Assembly (NCBI RefSeq): GCF_009914755.1
Contig: NC_060938.1
Length of the DNA stretch: 64,000 nucleotides
Direction: 5' to 3' (one strand)
Origin: the human T2T-CHM13v2.0 reference genome, Homo sapiens
Below the pieces are notes generated by a model that was not told the DNA's origin, did no database searches, and saw only the letters and a list, made by a program, of their open reading frames with translations. Position numbers and translations under genes: made by a program. Of this stretch, positions 1-13,793 are shown piece by piece (the first letter of the stretch is position 1; each line of letters begins with the position of its first letter).

Positions 1-97
1 GAATTAGTGACCCAGAAATCTACCCTATGTATATATTTAAAATATTGTAAGTCTTAACAGAAATCAATGTCAAAGGTGGAGATATCATTTAACAATT

Positions 98-414
<317 letters not shown>

Positions 415-1884
415 TTAACAATTAGTAACGATTAGCAACATAGGGGAAAATACTACTTGAAACAATATTTCCTCTCTTATACTAAAATAATTACCTGCTG
501 AGCAAAAAGTTAAATAAAAACACAAAATCATAGAAAAACTAGAAGAGAACAGAGTGAATCCTTATTAAATCTCTGGTGACAAGATGACTTAGAAACAAGA
601 GGTCATAAATCTGCAGTGATGGAAGAAATCAAATGAAAAAGACTCATTAGCATGACCATGTAGGCACTACTGGTTGACTTGCCAAGGAATCATATAATAG
701 TCTCTTTAATTCAGCATAGTTACAGTAGATTTATTTATAATAATTATATATTCTAGGTCACAGAAATCTAATTATGCTTAATAACTCCAGGTATATAGAA
801 CAGAATTACTAACATTCAAGGAGAGATTCCCCAGGCAGTTTTAGATTCCAGACAAGCAGGTAACCAGGCCTATGTTCTATTATGAAAATTAAGAAAGTTA
901 ACATGTATTTACTCCTTCTCAGAAAAAAAAAAAGAAATTCTCCTCTTCATTTTTTTAAACCAGAAGGATGCACCGGGACAGTAGGAGTGTTTGATAGCAG
1001 GGCTAAAGCCTTGCTCAAGAAATAGCTTAGGATCTGTTCATGAACCCACAGAGCTACAGTTAACACGTGAAGGATCCTTTATTTCTTTTCCAGGCAGCTG
1101 AGCTCTATGGCTGCTGCAAAACATCTGCTTTAGAAGCAGCAACGCCTCCTGCCAGGAAGATGTTGCTTGAACAAAATAGATACAAACTATGCACAATTAT
1201 TATCTGTCCATTAAAAGAAATAAATTTATTTTTAAAAGCTTTATAAAAAATAAAGGTATGTTTACAAAATGGAGCCTTTATGTAGTAAAGGACGAGAGAG
1301 CTAGAAAATGGGATTATTTTATGCCATCTACCTCCATACTTAGTTGGCCAAGGATACTCTCCTCAACATACTTTTTCTCCAGCCATTTCTAAGAATGCGT
1401 CACCGTCTTTCACGTCAATCCCTCCTTCTGTTTTGCATACATACTTCTCAGGCAGCCAGGTTCCACCTGATCCACACCTCAGCTCAGTGTCGCCTATTCT
1501 GGGATATGCCTACCCCCACCTGCAAAAGACTGCCCTCTTCTCTTTTCCATAGCGTCCTGGACACTTCTGTCATAAAATGTATCACTGAATATTGCCACCC
1601 CTTAATTGTTTATCTGTTCACACATAACATTACACACTGCAAGACCACAACTTCTCTAACTGTGCAGGCACATATTAAAGTGATTAATTCTCGTAGTTAA
1701 ACATGTTGCTTCCCTGCAGTTCTAAGGCTCTACATTTTATTGAAGTCCTAATAATCTGTAAATAAAGTATTTCAAGTTCAAAAGTAAATTCCATCAGAAT
1801 AATATCTTGGATCACAGTTTACAAAGTGTCTAGCAGTGCTTTCCAGAGATGTTTTTGCTAGTACCTTTCTATTCTAAGCGCAAT

Positions 1885-2095
1885 ATAGTGTCAGTAGTGA
1901 TAAAATGCATGGACTGAGTGCCAGGGAAGACCTGGACTCTGATCCTGGTCACAGCAAATGCATGACCTGGGGGAAGTTACTTCACCTCTCTGAACCTCAG
2001 TGTCCCTTTCTATAAAATGGGCTTCGTGTGATGCATCTCACTGGATTATGAGGAAGACACAAAGTAACTAGTATAGTCCTTGGCATACCGGTGGG
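1885..2095 (+). mobile_element. MIR
   Basis: Core atgacctgggggaagttacttcacctctctgaacctcagtgtccctttctataaaatggg. Confidence 0.8.
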
Positions 2096-3294
2096 AGCTG
2101 TCACAAAAAGTTTTTAGCACAAGGATGAAGTGTATGGGCTTTGTGGTCAGAAAGACCTGGGTTAGAATCACAGTTATTATTAATAATAATAATTATTGTC
2201 ACAACCATCATTACTAATGGAGAGGAATGCTGTTTCTAAGTCTGTTGCCAATTCAGGGCCCTTAAAAACTAAGGGCTATAAAAACTAGTATTATTTGTCT
2301 CTTCTACTACCTTATAAAGCCTATGTTTCCACTCCAGAGGAAATTGCTTTCCTATCTACTGTTCTGGTTAACACTAATTAAATGGAGCTGGGTCCATAGG
2401 GCTGTGTCTAGTTCCTTCCCTAAAATGAATCAATTAACAGTTGGGAATTGCAGTGGGGAAAGAAGGGTCACCATATCCTGATGTGACTGAATGACAAATG
2501 CCACAGCTGGAAAGAGATTAGAGAGCATCTCAGGTCAAGAAAGAATATAAATGGTTGCCCCATGTGTCCAACGTAGAAGAAAAAGAAAATTAAGTAAAAA
2601 TGTCATGGAGTCAAATTCTAGCTAATGAGTGCAAGCACTGCAGGCACCCTGAATAGAGGGAAAGAAAGGTCAAATCTATTTTTCTTAGAAAGCTCCATCG
2701 TGTACAGGAGGCTTTATACCTTTAAAAGGATAATGACCTAATTTACATGAGGAACACCAGCATACAAATTACCTTTAAACTTCTTACAAAAGGTTGGTAG
2801 ACAAAGGCTAGGTACAGTATTATTCAGAAATATTCTGATAGGCAGCAGGGCTTCTCAGGACAAATAGCATCACTGTTGTCAAATACAATACATTTGCAGC
2901 TAGAGACACAGGGACGAGGTTCTATGTGCTTTACTTCAGGTTGCTTTAAGTCTCACTGTACTTTTCATAGAAACAGATGCTTACTTTCGATTCATGAACA
3001 ACAAAACCTTGAAAAGCTGTGAAATAATCAGGGTATACCCACTCCAGAAGAAGAAACAGTTCAACAATTGCTGAATCCAATTCAGCGCTGTTGGCCAAGG
3101 AACCTGCTGTGTGCAGGAATTGTCCCGGCTGTGGCTCAGGGGCACTGAAAGGAGGGAACTTGGTACTTAGAGACTCCCCCTATTCTTCACGAAGATTCAT
3201 GACTTCATGAAGCCGACTGATTCAGTTGGTCTGCTCTGGTTCATTAGAATAAAAGAAGAGCTTTAAGAAAAATCTGATTTTCTGCTTTTCCATC

Positions 3295-4292
3295 AGGTTT
3301 ATTGAGATAATAACTTATATAAAGTAAAATGTATTCCTTTTTGTGTACATTCTTGACAAACACATACATACAACTCAAGACCAAAATTGAGATACAGAAC
3401 AATTCCCAAATTTTCTGTGCCCCTTTGTAGACAATCGCTTCCCCATCCCCATTCTTCTGACAACCACTAATTTATTTTCTGTCCCTTATCTAATGTATCA
3501 TAGACATGTAACCTTTTGAGTCTAGCTTCTTTCGGTATAATGCAAAACACTTTTACACTGTTGGTGAGACTGTAAACTAGTTCAACCATTGTGGAAGACA
3601 GTGTGGCGATTCTTCAAGGATCTAGAACTAGAAACACCATTTGACCCAGCCATCCCATTACTGGGTATATACCCAAAGGATTATAAATCATGCTGCTGTA
3701 AAGACACATGCACACGTACGTTTATTGTGGCACTAGTCACAATAGCAAAGACTTGGAACGAACCCAAATGTCCATCAATGATAGACTGGATTAAGAAAAT
3801 GTGGCACATATACACCATGGAATACTATGCCACCATAAAAAAGGATGAGTTCATGTCCTTTGCAGGGACATGGATGAAGCTGGAAACCATCATTCTCAGC
3901 AAACTATCGCAAGGACAAAAACACAAACACCGCATGTTCTCACTCATAGGTGGGAATTGAACAATGAGAACACTTGGACACAGGAAGGGGAACATCACAC
4001 ATCGGGGCCTGTCGTGGGGTGGGGGGTGGGGGGAGGGATAACATTAGGAGATATACCTAATGTAAATGACGCGTTAATGGGTGCAGCACACCAACATGGC
4101 ATATGTAACAAACCTGCACGTTGTGCACATGTACCCTAGAATTTAAAGTATAATAAAAAATTTTTAAAAAAGTAAGTCATCTACATTGCTGTAGGCATGC
4201 ATAGTTCATTACGTTTTTGTTTTTTTTTTTTTTTTTTTTGCTGAGTTGTATTTCATTTTGTAAAGATTCCACTGCTCATCCATTCACCAGCT
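3295..4292 (-). mobile_element. Old L1M 3' end fragment, split by a younger L1PA
   Basis: Antisense L1M 3'UTR-like text (ttattgagataat...gacaaccactaatttattttctgtcc) that resumes after 4172. Confidence 0.65.
3546..4170 (+). mobile_element. L1PA (approx. PA4-PA6), 5'-truncated: ORF2 C-terminus, 3'UTR and A tail
   Basis: ORF 3589..3960 is the L1 ORF2 C-terminus ([13 protein letters not shown]...MFSLIGGN). G-rich 3'UTR and aataaaaaa follow. Confidence 0.95.
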
Positions 4293-4391
4293 GAATTCTT
4301 TCAGCGGCATCAGTTTACTCATTCACCTGGGAATTAGGGTAGACGGTCAGCTAGGATTTGTGGAAAGTGGAGATCAAGTCAAGAGTAGTAG

Positions 4392-4688
<297 letters not shown>

Positions 4689-4896
4689 AAGTTCAGTTTT
4701 TAACCTGTTTAGTACAAGGTGCAGCTGAGAAAACCGAGATATTAAGGTAGGGGTGGATGAAAAGTAGGCAAATAAATACATAGGATACACAGTGAAGTTT
4801 AGATTTAGAGTAGGACATGGACTGTAGAGTTAATTTGGGAGTCATCAGTGTCACAATAGTAAATAAAGCCATGTGAATTTATGAGACCCTCTAGAG

Positions 4897-5098
4897 CTCT
4901 CATTTCCAATATGGTAGCCACTGGCCACATGTTGTTATTCCAATTTAAATTAATTACAATTTAATAAAATTAAAAATTCGGTTCCTCAGTCACACCGGCT
5001 ACATTCAAGTTCTCAATAGCTACATGTGACTAGTGGTTACTATATTGCAGAGTGCAGAACATTTCCATGATTCCAGAAAGTTGAACTGGACCCCACTG
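4897..5098 (-). mobile_element. MER3 (hAT-Charlie MITE)
   Basis: ccaatatggtagccactggccacatg...gaacatttccatgattccagaaagtt. 8-bp TSD ctctagag (4889-4896) / ctctaaag (5099-5106). Confidence 0.85.
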
Positions 5099-5603
5099 CT
5101 CTAAAGAGAGAATTTAACAACAACAAAAAAATTGGACCATATAGCCGGTATATACAACATATTAATTTTTCTCCATTTATTTGATAAGCTCAGTTTAATT
5201 TTTATTCTTACATTTTATTATTGTACTTACTGAAATTGGCTAACACTTATCAAGCACTTACTTTTAGTCAGATTCTGTGTTAAACATATTATTAATTTTA
5301 TTTAAACCCCCAAACTCTGAAAATGAGTGCTATTATTTTCCCCTTTTTACAGATGATGAAATTAAGGCTTTCAGTATGGATAAATTAGGCTACAAACTAA
5401 TAATAGGGAATTTCTGGAGAACAATTTAGATCAATCAGAATCCAGGCCTACACATGAATTTTCTAAGTAAGCATATCAACTGCAAATAAGTATCACTTTG
5501 TCCTTCTCCAATATTTCTACTTCATTTCATTTTGTGGTGTTAACTCCATTTGCAAAGAACTTCCTACAGAATGTTAAATACTAGTAAAGGTAAAGGCAGT
5601 CCT

Positions 5604-5900
5604 GTTTTTTGTTGTTGTTTGTTTGTTTTGAGACAGGATCTCCCTCTGTCACCCAGGCTGGAGTGCAGTGGCACAATCTCGGCTCACTGCAACCTCCGCT
5701 TCCCAGGTTAAGTGATTCTCCTGCCTCAGACTCCCGAATAGCTGGGATTACAGACATGTGCCAGCATGCCAAGCTAATTTAGTAGAGATGGGATTTCACC
5801 ATGTTGGCCAGGCTTGTCTCAAACTCCTGGCCTCAGGTGATCCACCAGCCTTGGCCTCCCAAAGTGCTGGGATTACAGGCTTGTGCCACCGTGCCCAGCC
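5604..5900 (-). mobile_element. AluS (Sx/Sz-like) with deleted middle A-rich linker
   Basis: Both monomers present, but reads gctaatttagtagag instead of gctaatttttgtatttttagtagag. Confidence 0.93.
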
Positions 5901-7746
5901 CAGTTCTTCTTTTCTTAACCTTGAATGGACTGTGCCTTACATTGTATAGTTAAATATGATGCTGTTGATTTGAGTTAGTTATTCCTTATTATTTTAAAAG
6001 GGGACATTTTTATTTCTAACCAATGATTTTTCACTAGAAGTTGATGTTGAATTTATAAATAATTATAAAACTCATGATAGATTATAAAAACTGATTCACT
6101 GATAATGTCAAATCATCTTATTTCTAGAATAACTTACTTGGATATTTTATATTATTCTTTCGTAAGCTTATTGATTCCATTTTTCCAAACATTTTATTTA
6201 GAATTTTTGCATCCAGGAGACAAAAATAAAACATCATTAATTGCATGTAGGCTCTGAATTCAGATATCCCTGGAATTTATGTACAACTTTGCTACTAACT
6301 TGAGGAGTTAGTAGCAAATTCCTTAATGTCTCTACATCTTGGTAAAAGGCTCATTATCAAGCCTAGTGAATACTAAATGCTCATAAACATTAGCCATTCC
6401 GTAAGTGGAAGGATCTATAGTATTCTTTCCTTTTCTTGTACAGTCTTTTTCAGCTTTTGATAGTAAAATTCTGGAATGTTTGAATAATTTATTAGACAAG
6501 TTTTTTTAAATTGTATGCATTCTGAAACAGTTTCTGCTTGTGTTTGACAGAAACTTCACCTAAGATTTCCTGAAACAATGCTCTTTGGGTGGGAGGGGCA
6601 GGTGGGAACTGGGTACATATTAAACAAATTTCCAATTTCAAAGTGTTTCAAAAGTTTCAAACTCAAATTTCAAAGAGTATGTGTGTGCACATATTAGGGC
6701 AAAGAGGACATTCCAATAACTTTTCACAATCTAAATCATAAAGTAGGTATGTTTCTAATAAAATATATTTCAATACTTAACTAAATTTAATTGCATCTCT
6801 GATAAAAAAATGCATTTTAACATATATATGCAGGTCTAAATTAATAAACCGTGATTATTTGAGTCACAATGTAATTAGCACACATTTAACATGACAATCC
6901 TAATTTTAAAGCAGAAATATTATTAGAAATGATAAGCATTAAAATAAATACTAAAAACAGGGGACAATGTGTATACTAACTTCCAGCTTTAGGTAAGTAA
7001 AAACTTTCAGCCACTATTAAAAGCTGCCTGTTAATCAGAAGGCCACAGGGCAATCACTTTCTTGGACTCTTTTTAAGTATTTGTCCTAGACAAAAGTGAT
7101 AAAGAAAAAAAGTATAAAACTCTGAAACCAAACCATGTGCTTCATTTATTTTGTAAAAAGCTGATAAAAATGAACCTAAAAATGGAAATTTAAGATGGAA
7201 GAAAATTTATCTGATAATAAGCAAAGAATAGATTAAACATGTACCATATGGCAACTTTAGCCCATCTTCCTAAAGTGTGCTGTAAACATAACATTAGCAT
7301 AAACGATTCTGAGCAAAAATGTTCCAAAAGGTGATTTTGCCTGTGGGTTTTTACATTTGGTAGAGCTTTGAAGTCATTTTCAAAAGCCATTGTTCTCAGC
7401 ACTCAAAGATTGCATCTAACCTTCAATTTTTTTGGCTCCTTCCACATTTACAGTGACATTCTCTGGATTATTTTGACACTCAGCATGATAAAACTAAACA
7501 AATACAGCATCCTCCAGCATATTTAAAACAAAGTGGAATTCATATTTTATTTAGTAGATTCATAGTCAACCTTCTAGGATTATATATTCTAGCTAAAGAG
7601 CTGTGATAAATCTAATAACAAACAAGACAGGTCAAGTAAACTATAACACAATATAAGTGAACACGGATTTGGAGACTGTCAACATCAGGAAGAGATGCAG
7701 GCAAAGAAAAGGGAGGGTATAGAGAAAGATTAGCTGTAAAAGATGA

Positions 7747-7959
<213 letters not shown>

Positions 7960-9161
7960 TGAACAAGAAATAGAATTTCTTAGGTAGAAACACAGTGGAA
8001 TAAGGCTCAGAAGAAGAGACAAATGTGGGAAGTGAGGGGTACTGAAGGAATCAACATCATTGCAAAGGAAGGTTAATGAAGCTAAGGAGTGGTAAAGACT
8101 GTGGTTCAGTCGTTTGGAAGTCACTGGTGGACAACTTTAGTATTTCAAGTTGAGGCTCTAGAATGCAATAACATAGTCGGAAGTCTTTAAAAATGTACTG
8201 TCATTTATTTTAGTTAAAAGTATCACCCATGTAAAAGAGCACATGTAACATGTGCAATTAAAAAAATAATAACCCCCATTGTACTGTCCATACCACTAAA
8301 GTAAAGGACATACCATTATCTTTGAAGCTGACTTGTGATCCCCTCCCCAACTACGTGGATTAAACAGAGAAGTGTCAGTGTCTAGTGAGTATTGTTTAGG
8401 AGGATATAATGGGAGGTGCAGAAAGAATAGACACACTTTAGAGACTAGTAAGAACCCCGGATGGTTAAACTAAGAAAGCAACAAGAGGAATATATAAGAA
8501 AGAAAAAAACCTACAACGCACTATTATGAAGTACAGAAAGGCAAATATGACTCCGTTTGTTGTTTATCTTGCCTCTTTGTTTATTGTTGGAGTTGTTTTA
8601 GGTTGGCTGATTTTTGCATGAAAGAAACAAAATACTGGTACTACTAACAGAAATAAGAGGAACATTTGAAGGGAAAGCCCAAGTTTTAGACCCACAGTTG
8701 AGGGAATAAGACATTTAAGTGTGAAAACTCCATCGGCAGAAGCAAATTTAAAATGAAGCCAAGGTGAAGACTAGGGGTTCAAGAAACAATTTCTAAAAAC
8801 TGCCTGTTGATGAAAATGAGACAAACGAGTCTTTTGAGATGTAAAAAGTAAAGCATAGAGTTCCGATTTGAGGTTGGAGGGCTAAGAAAGAAGTAGATGG
8901 AGGAATTGATTGTAAGATGTGAAAACACGCGGAGGAGGAGAACCAGGAGCACTCAGTGTCACAGGTAAAGAAAGAGGAAAGCCTTTGGAAAGGGATGAAT
9001 TGAGTGGCCTAAGAAAACACTTCTATATTTTTTACCATCTGGTTAGTTACAGACGCTTGTAAAAGGGAGCGAAGGAGCAGAATCCAGCTTACTGCAAATG
9101 AGAAACAAAAAAGGTGACAGAGAATAAGAAATGGTCTAGGAACTTCTTCCATTATTTAAAA

Positions 9162-9240
9162 CTGTAAGAAACGCTTGTGTTGTTTTAAGCCAGTAAGTTT
9201 CTCATCACTTGTAAAAGCAGCAAAAGAAAATTAAAATAGA
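9162..9240 (+). mobile_element. MLT1 (MaLR) LTR 3' fragment
   Basis: tgttgttttaagccagtaagtt...gcagcaaaagaaaattaaaata resembles the MLT1 LTR end. Confidence 0.6.
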
Positions 9241-10604
9241 CAAGCACTGTTTGATTTATTTCATCTTAGCTCTGTCGAGTTCTATATTGGTATTCTGGGA
9301 CAAATTTCCTGGTGCAAATAAAACAAAGTTTTCTTGTGTCTTTAAGTGAGCTTCCTGGCCCTTTCTGTCACTTCATGAAAATGAGAATATGTGGTGAGTT
9401 GAAAAGCTCAAGAAGCAAAAGGAAAAAAAAAATAGGAGAAGTTAGATTACTGGAAAATTTATTTTGCTTCTGAGTAATCAGTTTTATTACATTTATGTGT
9501 TTCCATAACTGAGATGAATAATATTGTCACATGGGATGAAGGGAAGAATGAATAAGCTGTCTGTGTCACTGTTATAAAGAATGTCTGCATGGGACCAACT
9601 CTCCCTCCCTCATGTACCAGTCAATGCTTGTTTAAAATGGCCTATGAGCAGCATTATTCGCCAATGCATCCTGAGGAATATGAACCAAGTAGAGGCATTT
9701 ATTATGCTGAAATTATTAGAAGGGCACTTAGATATGTTAAGTAACTATACACTTAAATATCTTCAAATAAAATAATAAACTGAGAAAGTTACATTGTCAT
9801 AGTTACATTGTCCTGTGTAAAAACCAAGCTCACTCTCATGGATCATAGCTTTAATTCTGCTCTTTTGATTCCAATATGCAATTTATATTTCAGAATTCAC
9901 ATACTTAATGGTAAAATGCTTTTAAAAGGATTAGTACAAGCCAATAATACTAACAGTATGCTGAGAAAATGAACAGTTAAGCTTTCAAAATTGCTGAGTA
10001 TAGATAGCAATTCTCAATTACACTACCAATGACATTTTCCCTAGCAAAAATGTACACTGCATCCAAAGATAATGAACAAGTGGAAAGTGAGAACTAGAAA
10101 AATGGCCATGGATGATTGCACATAATTTGATATCGACTGAATCATAAAGTGTATGTGTCTGTATGTGCTAGTATTCTTGTAATTAAGAATTTAGGTATGC
10201 AGTTTGTTTCCTGGTTTTTGTTATACTAGGTCATCCAAAAATTTAAATGCCACATCTGGGAATATCAACGTGGCTTGGTGACTATGATGCACTTATTTAC
10301 TTAGCATCAGTTACAGTGGGTATACTGAACTATGCACTTTGGTAGGAGAGAAGATACAAATGAGAAGAATTTCCTTTAACCTCTATCTCAAAGATCAAAG
10401 ACTTTATCTAAAGCCTCCCTACTACTTACAGTATAAATCAGGTTTAGAGTCTCATTAACATAATTTTATTCTTTTGTAACTTTGGAATATTCTGAAAAAT
10501 TAGCTTATATCCTTCATGTAATTGTACCAGACTAACCTTCCCCGAATCCCACTTCATCAATATCCCTTCCTTGCTTTATTAAATGGCTTTATGTTTCCCA
10601 CTGC

Positions 10605-11760
10605 ATTATTCATTCAAAAAACATTTTTTGAACAGCAGTTACAGGAAAGACACAGTTTTAGGAAGCAGCAGGGAAACGAGAAATAAAATACCGTTCAAGT
10701 GCTCATGGAACTTAGGACCTAATAGAAGATAAAAAAATGTATAAACACAATTATAGGTAGAATGGGACAAATTCTGTAAGAATAAAGGGGCAACTTCATG
10801 CAGAACTTGGCTTCTCAGCTGAGTCTTGAAGGGTAAATGTGGTGCTTAAAATGCAAAGCTGGGAGGAGGCAGGCATTCTAGACAGAAAGACATGCCCAGA
10901 GTCAAAATGCAAAGGGCAGTTGAAGGAGTGTCAGTCATTCAGTTTGGCTGGTTAACAGAATGACCAAAGGATATGTGTGCAAGTGTGCCAGAGCAAAGCC
11001 GGAAGGGGAGCCAGGCCTTGTGTAGAGAGGCCTGGGTGCCTGCTTAAATAAATAATTCAGCAGATAGTGAACGGGAAAGCACTGGAGGCTTCTGAGTAGA
11101 GATGGTGTGAGATCATGGCCAGGTTACTGGAAGACTGATGTGCAGGATGGACTGTAGAGAGGAAGGATTGCAGAGAAGATGGACTACAGAGCAGTGAGGA
11201 CACTGGTCAGAAAGAGTTATAGGGTTACCATATGGGGCTGTAGCAATAGAAACAGAGAAGAGAAAACTAAATGCAAGCTATAGACTTGACGATTAATATG
11301 GCGAGAATTGAAAAAAGCGGTCAACAGTGACAATGAGCCCTTACAACTGACCAGGAACCAACTGGTACCACTAATGATGAGAAATCACCAGCAGGAGATG
11401 TGAGCTGAGCAGAAGGAATGATGGGTTCTGTTCTAGATATGTTCAGCTCAAGTGCCAGTGGGATATCCAAGTGGAAAAAGTCCAGCAGATGGCTAAAAAT
11501 GTAATTCAGGACAGAGGTTAGGGGAAAGAGTAAAATTGTTCTTAAAGACATGTGTGTGAAAAAATCACCAATACAAAGAAGAAAGAAGCCAAGTGAAGTT
11601 CTTCTGAGCCACGTAAAGAGCCATAAAAGAGGAGGCAAGAATTCAAGGGATGATAAAAGAGAAGCAATATCCAAATAGAAGGGTTTAAAAATACTATCAA
11701 ATATGGAAAAGATGACTACTGGGTAAAATATGGGCTGAAAAATAGTACAATGTAACATTA
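10605..11760 (-). mobile_element. L2 remnant
   Basis: Begins attcattcaaaaaacatttttt (antisense L2 3' end), followed by a purine-rich degenerate L2 body. Confidence 0.7.
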
Positions 11761-12174
11761 TTATGCATATCGCATGGCATGGCTACACAGTGAAAATGCA
11801 GGCCCTATGTTAAACACTTTATATGTTAGATCTTATTTAATCCTGACCCCAGACCACAGCCAGGTTGATTTTTGTGTCATCGTCAATCAACAAATAAGAA
11901 ATCTAAGGCTTTTGGAATTTAAAGAGTCTGTCCTAGGACATAGTGTTATAAATATGGACAGAGCAGAAATGAGCCTAGTGGTATCTGAACCCAATGGCCA
12001 TTTTCTCACAATTAACAACAATTAACAAACCCCTTATGCCCAAATGTCTTAATGCCGTGGGATTTCCTTAGCTAAAATGTCCCTCACACTCTTCAAAACC
12101 AGCCCTGAGAGTCTAGTTCAAGAACCATCTTTTCCAGGAAGTCTCCCTAGACTCTTCCAGTATTTTTTCTTTAG

Positions 12175-12385
<211 letters not shown>

Positions 12386-13770
12386 AGAATGTTTACAGCA
12401 TTTGGTCTTTGAGACATAGATAAACATTTAGTTATATGTCATGTCCTATATTTTGTACCAGTAATTTAAGTCTATTGTTCTTTTCTGAACTAAATAGCTA
12501 TCTCCTTCAGACATTGTTATCACCTTTTATATTTCTTCTGTATCCTAAATAGCAAATTGTTGTCAGTGAGTGAAACAGCATGCCCAGTGAGGAAATATTT
12601 GTTTTGAATCAACTCATGTCTTCAGATTCTAAATGAAATCAAAATTGCACTGAGGGTTAATCAGGCAGAAATGTCCCCAGCTATATGTGTTTACCAAGAT
12701 AATTCTAAGACAACAGAAGGATAGTCTCAGTCTGCTAAAATGTGCAGGCCTGAATGGACAATGACTAGGAAGGACAGTGTTCATTGGGTAGGGCTAAGGC
12801 AGGCTGTTCCTCAGTAAAAGTTCTGAAAATATACTTGGCTTCTCCTGCAGTTATCACATCCCTGAGACTGTTAGCAAATTAAGGCATGCAATTTTTCCAG
12901 TGGACTAACAGTTTAAGCTTATTTTAGATGGTTTTCTTGCTTTTCATGCTTTGATTTCTAAATTCCAAAAGACCCTTTTCCCCCTTTATAGGGAGTATTC
13001 TACAAAAAGCATATCTCAAACAAAGCTTTACTATTATTATTGTTTGTAGGATGGAGTCCTTCTTTGGTGTAATGTTTAGACAAACTCTAAAATGTAATCC
13101 CTCAGATTCCCTGGCTTATATCTATTTGGCAGCATTTCTCAGGCTGCAGGGCCAATGTGGCTTCTTGCCATTTCCCATTCAAAGTGCAAAGAGTGGTCCA
13201 CTTGGTAGAAGCTTGACTGCCCTTGGGGATAGGGGCACCTTATTTGTATACAGAACATCTAACTTGATGACTGCTAGGATGTATGTCTTTCCCCTGCATT
13301 GAGTGCTTGTTTTCAGCTTGATTAAGTATGCTCCACTATGTTATTCCAAATGTATTTGAGAAAGTGAATGCCAAACTAAATGCATTTAAAAGCGTGTTCC
13401 TTTCATCATCTGCAGGGAAGCTTCATTCTGATAAAAGGGATAGAATAGCACATTGAAATATCTGAAAATCTTTATATTGGTGAAAAAACAAAGACCACTG
13501 CAAGGGAAGCTGATCTTCAAAACTCTTTTAGGATAAGAGGAGCATATTATTCAATTTTGGCCTCACCTTATTTGAGATTCTTTGAACTGAACAAAAATGG
13601 GGATGGTTAAAATTCCAAATCTTGAGATAGACATTCTAACATATTTTCCAGTAAAGGTGATACATTTTTGGAGGCAAATAGTATTCTTTGTGGATCTTTG
13701 GTTTAATATTTTAGAAAGATGAGCAATTATAACTCAAAGAATGAGCAAAAGATGTATCTTTATCCTCATC

Positions 13771-13793
13771 TGTGTGTGTGTGTGTGTGTGTGT
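13771..13793 (+). repeat. (TG)11 microsatellite
   Basis: Direct read. Confidence 0.95.

Noticed and set aside
2174-2189. 16-bp AT palindrome ttattattaataataa (and short 13-14 bp doublets at 9787 and about 33198)
   Set aside because: Expected by chance or slippage in AT-rich DNA.
3589-3960. L1 ORF2 C-terminal ORFs (also near 17336, 33834, 42330, 42696, 54912, 55808)
   Set aside because: Fragments of 5'-truncated, promoterless L1 copies.
11321-11758. Longest unexplained ORF (145 aa, hydrophobic)
   Set aside because: Lies in a pyrimidine-rich strand of a decayed L2. Composition explains the lack of stops and there is no recognisable domain.
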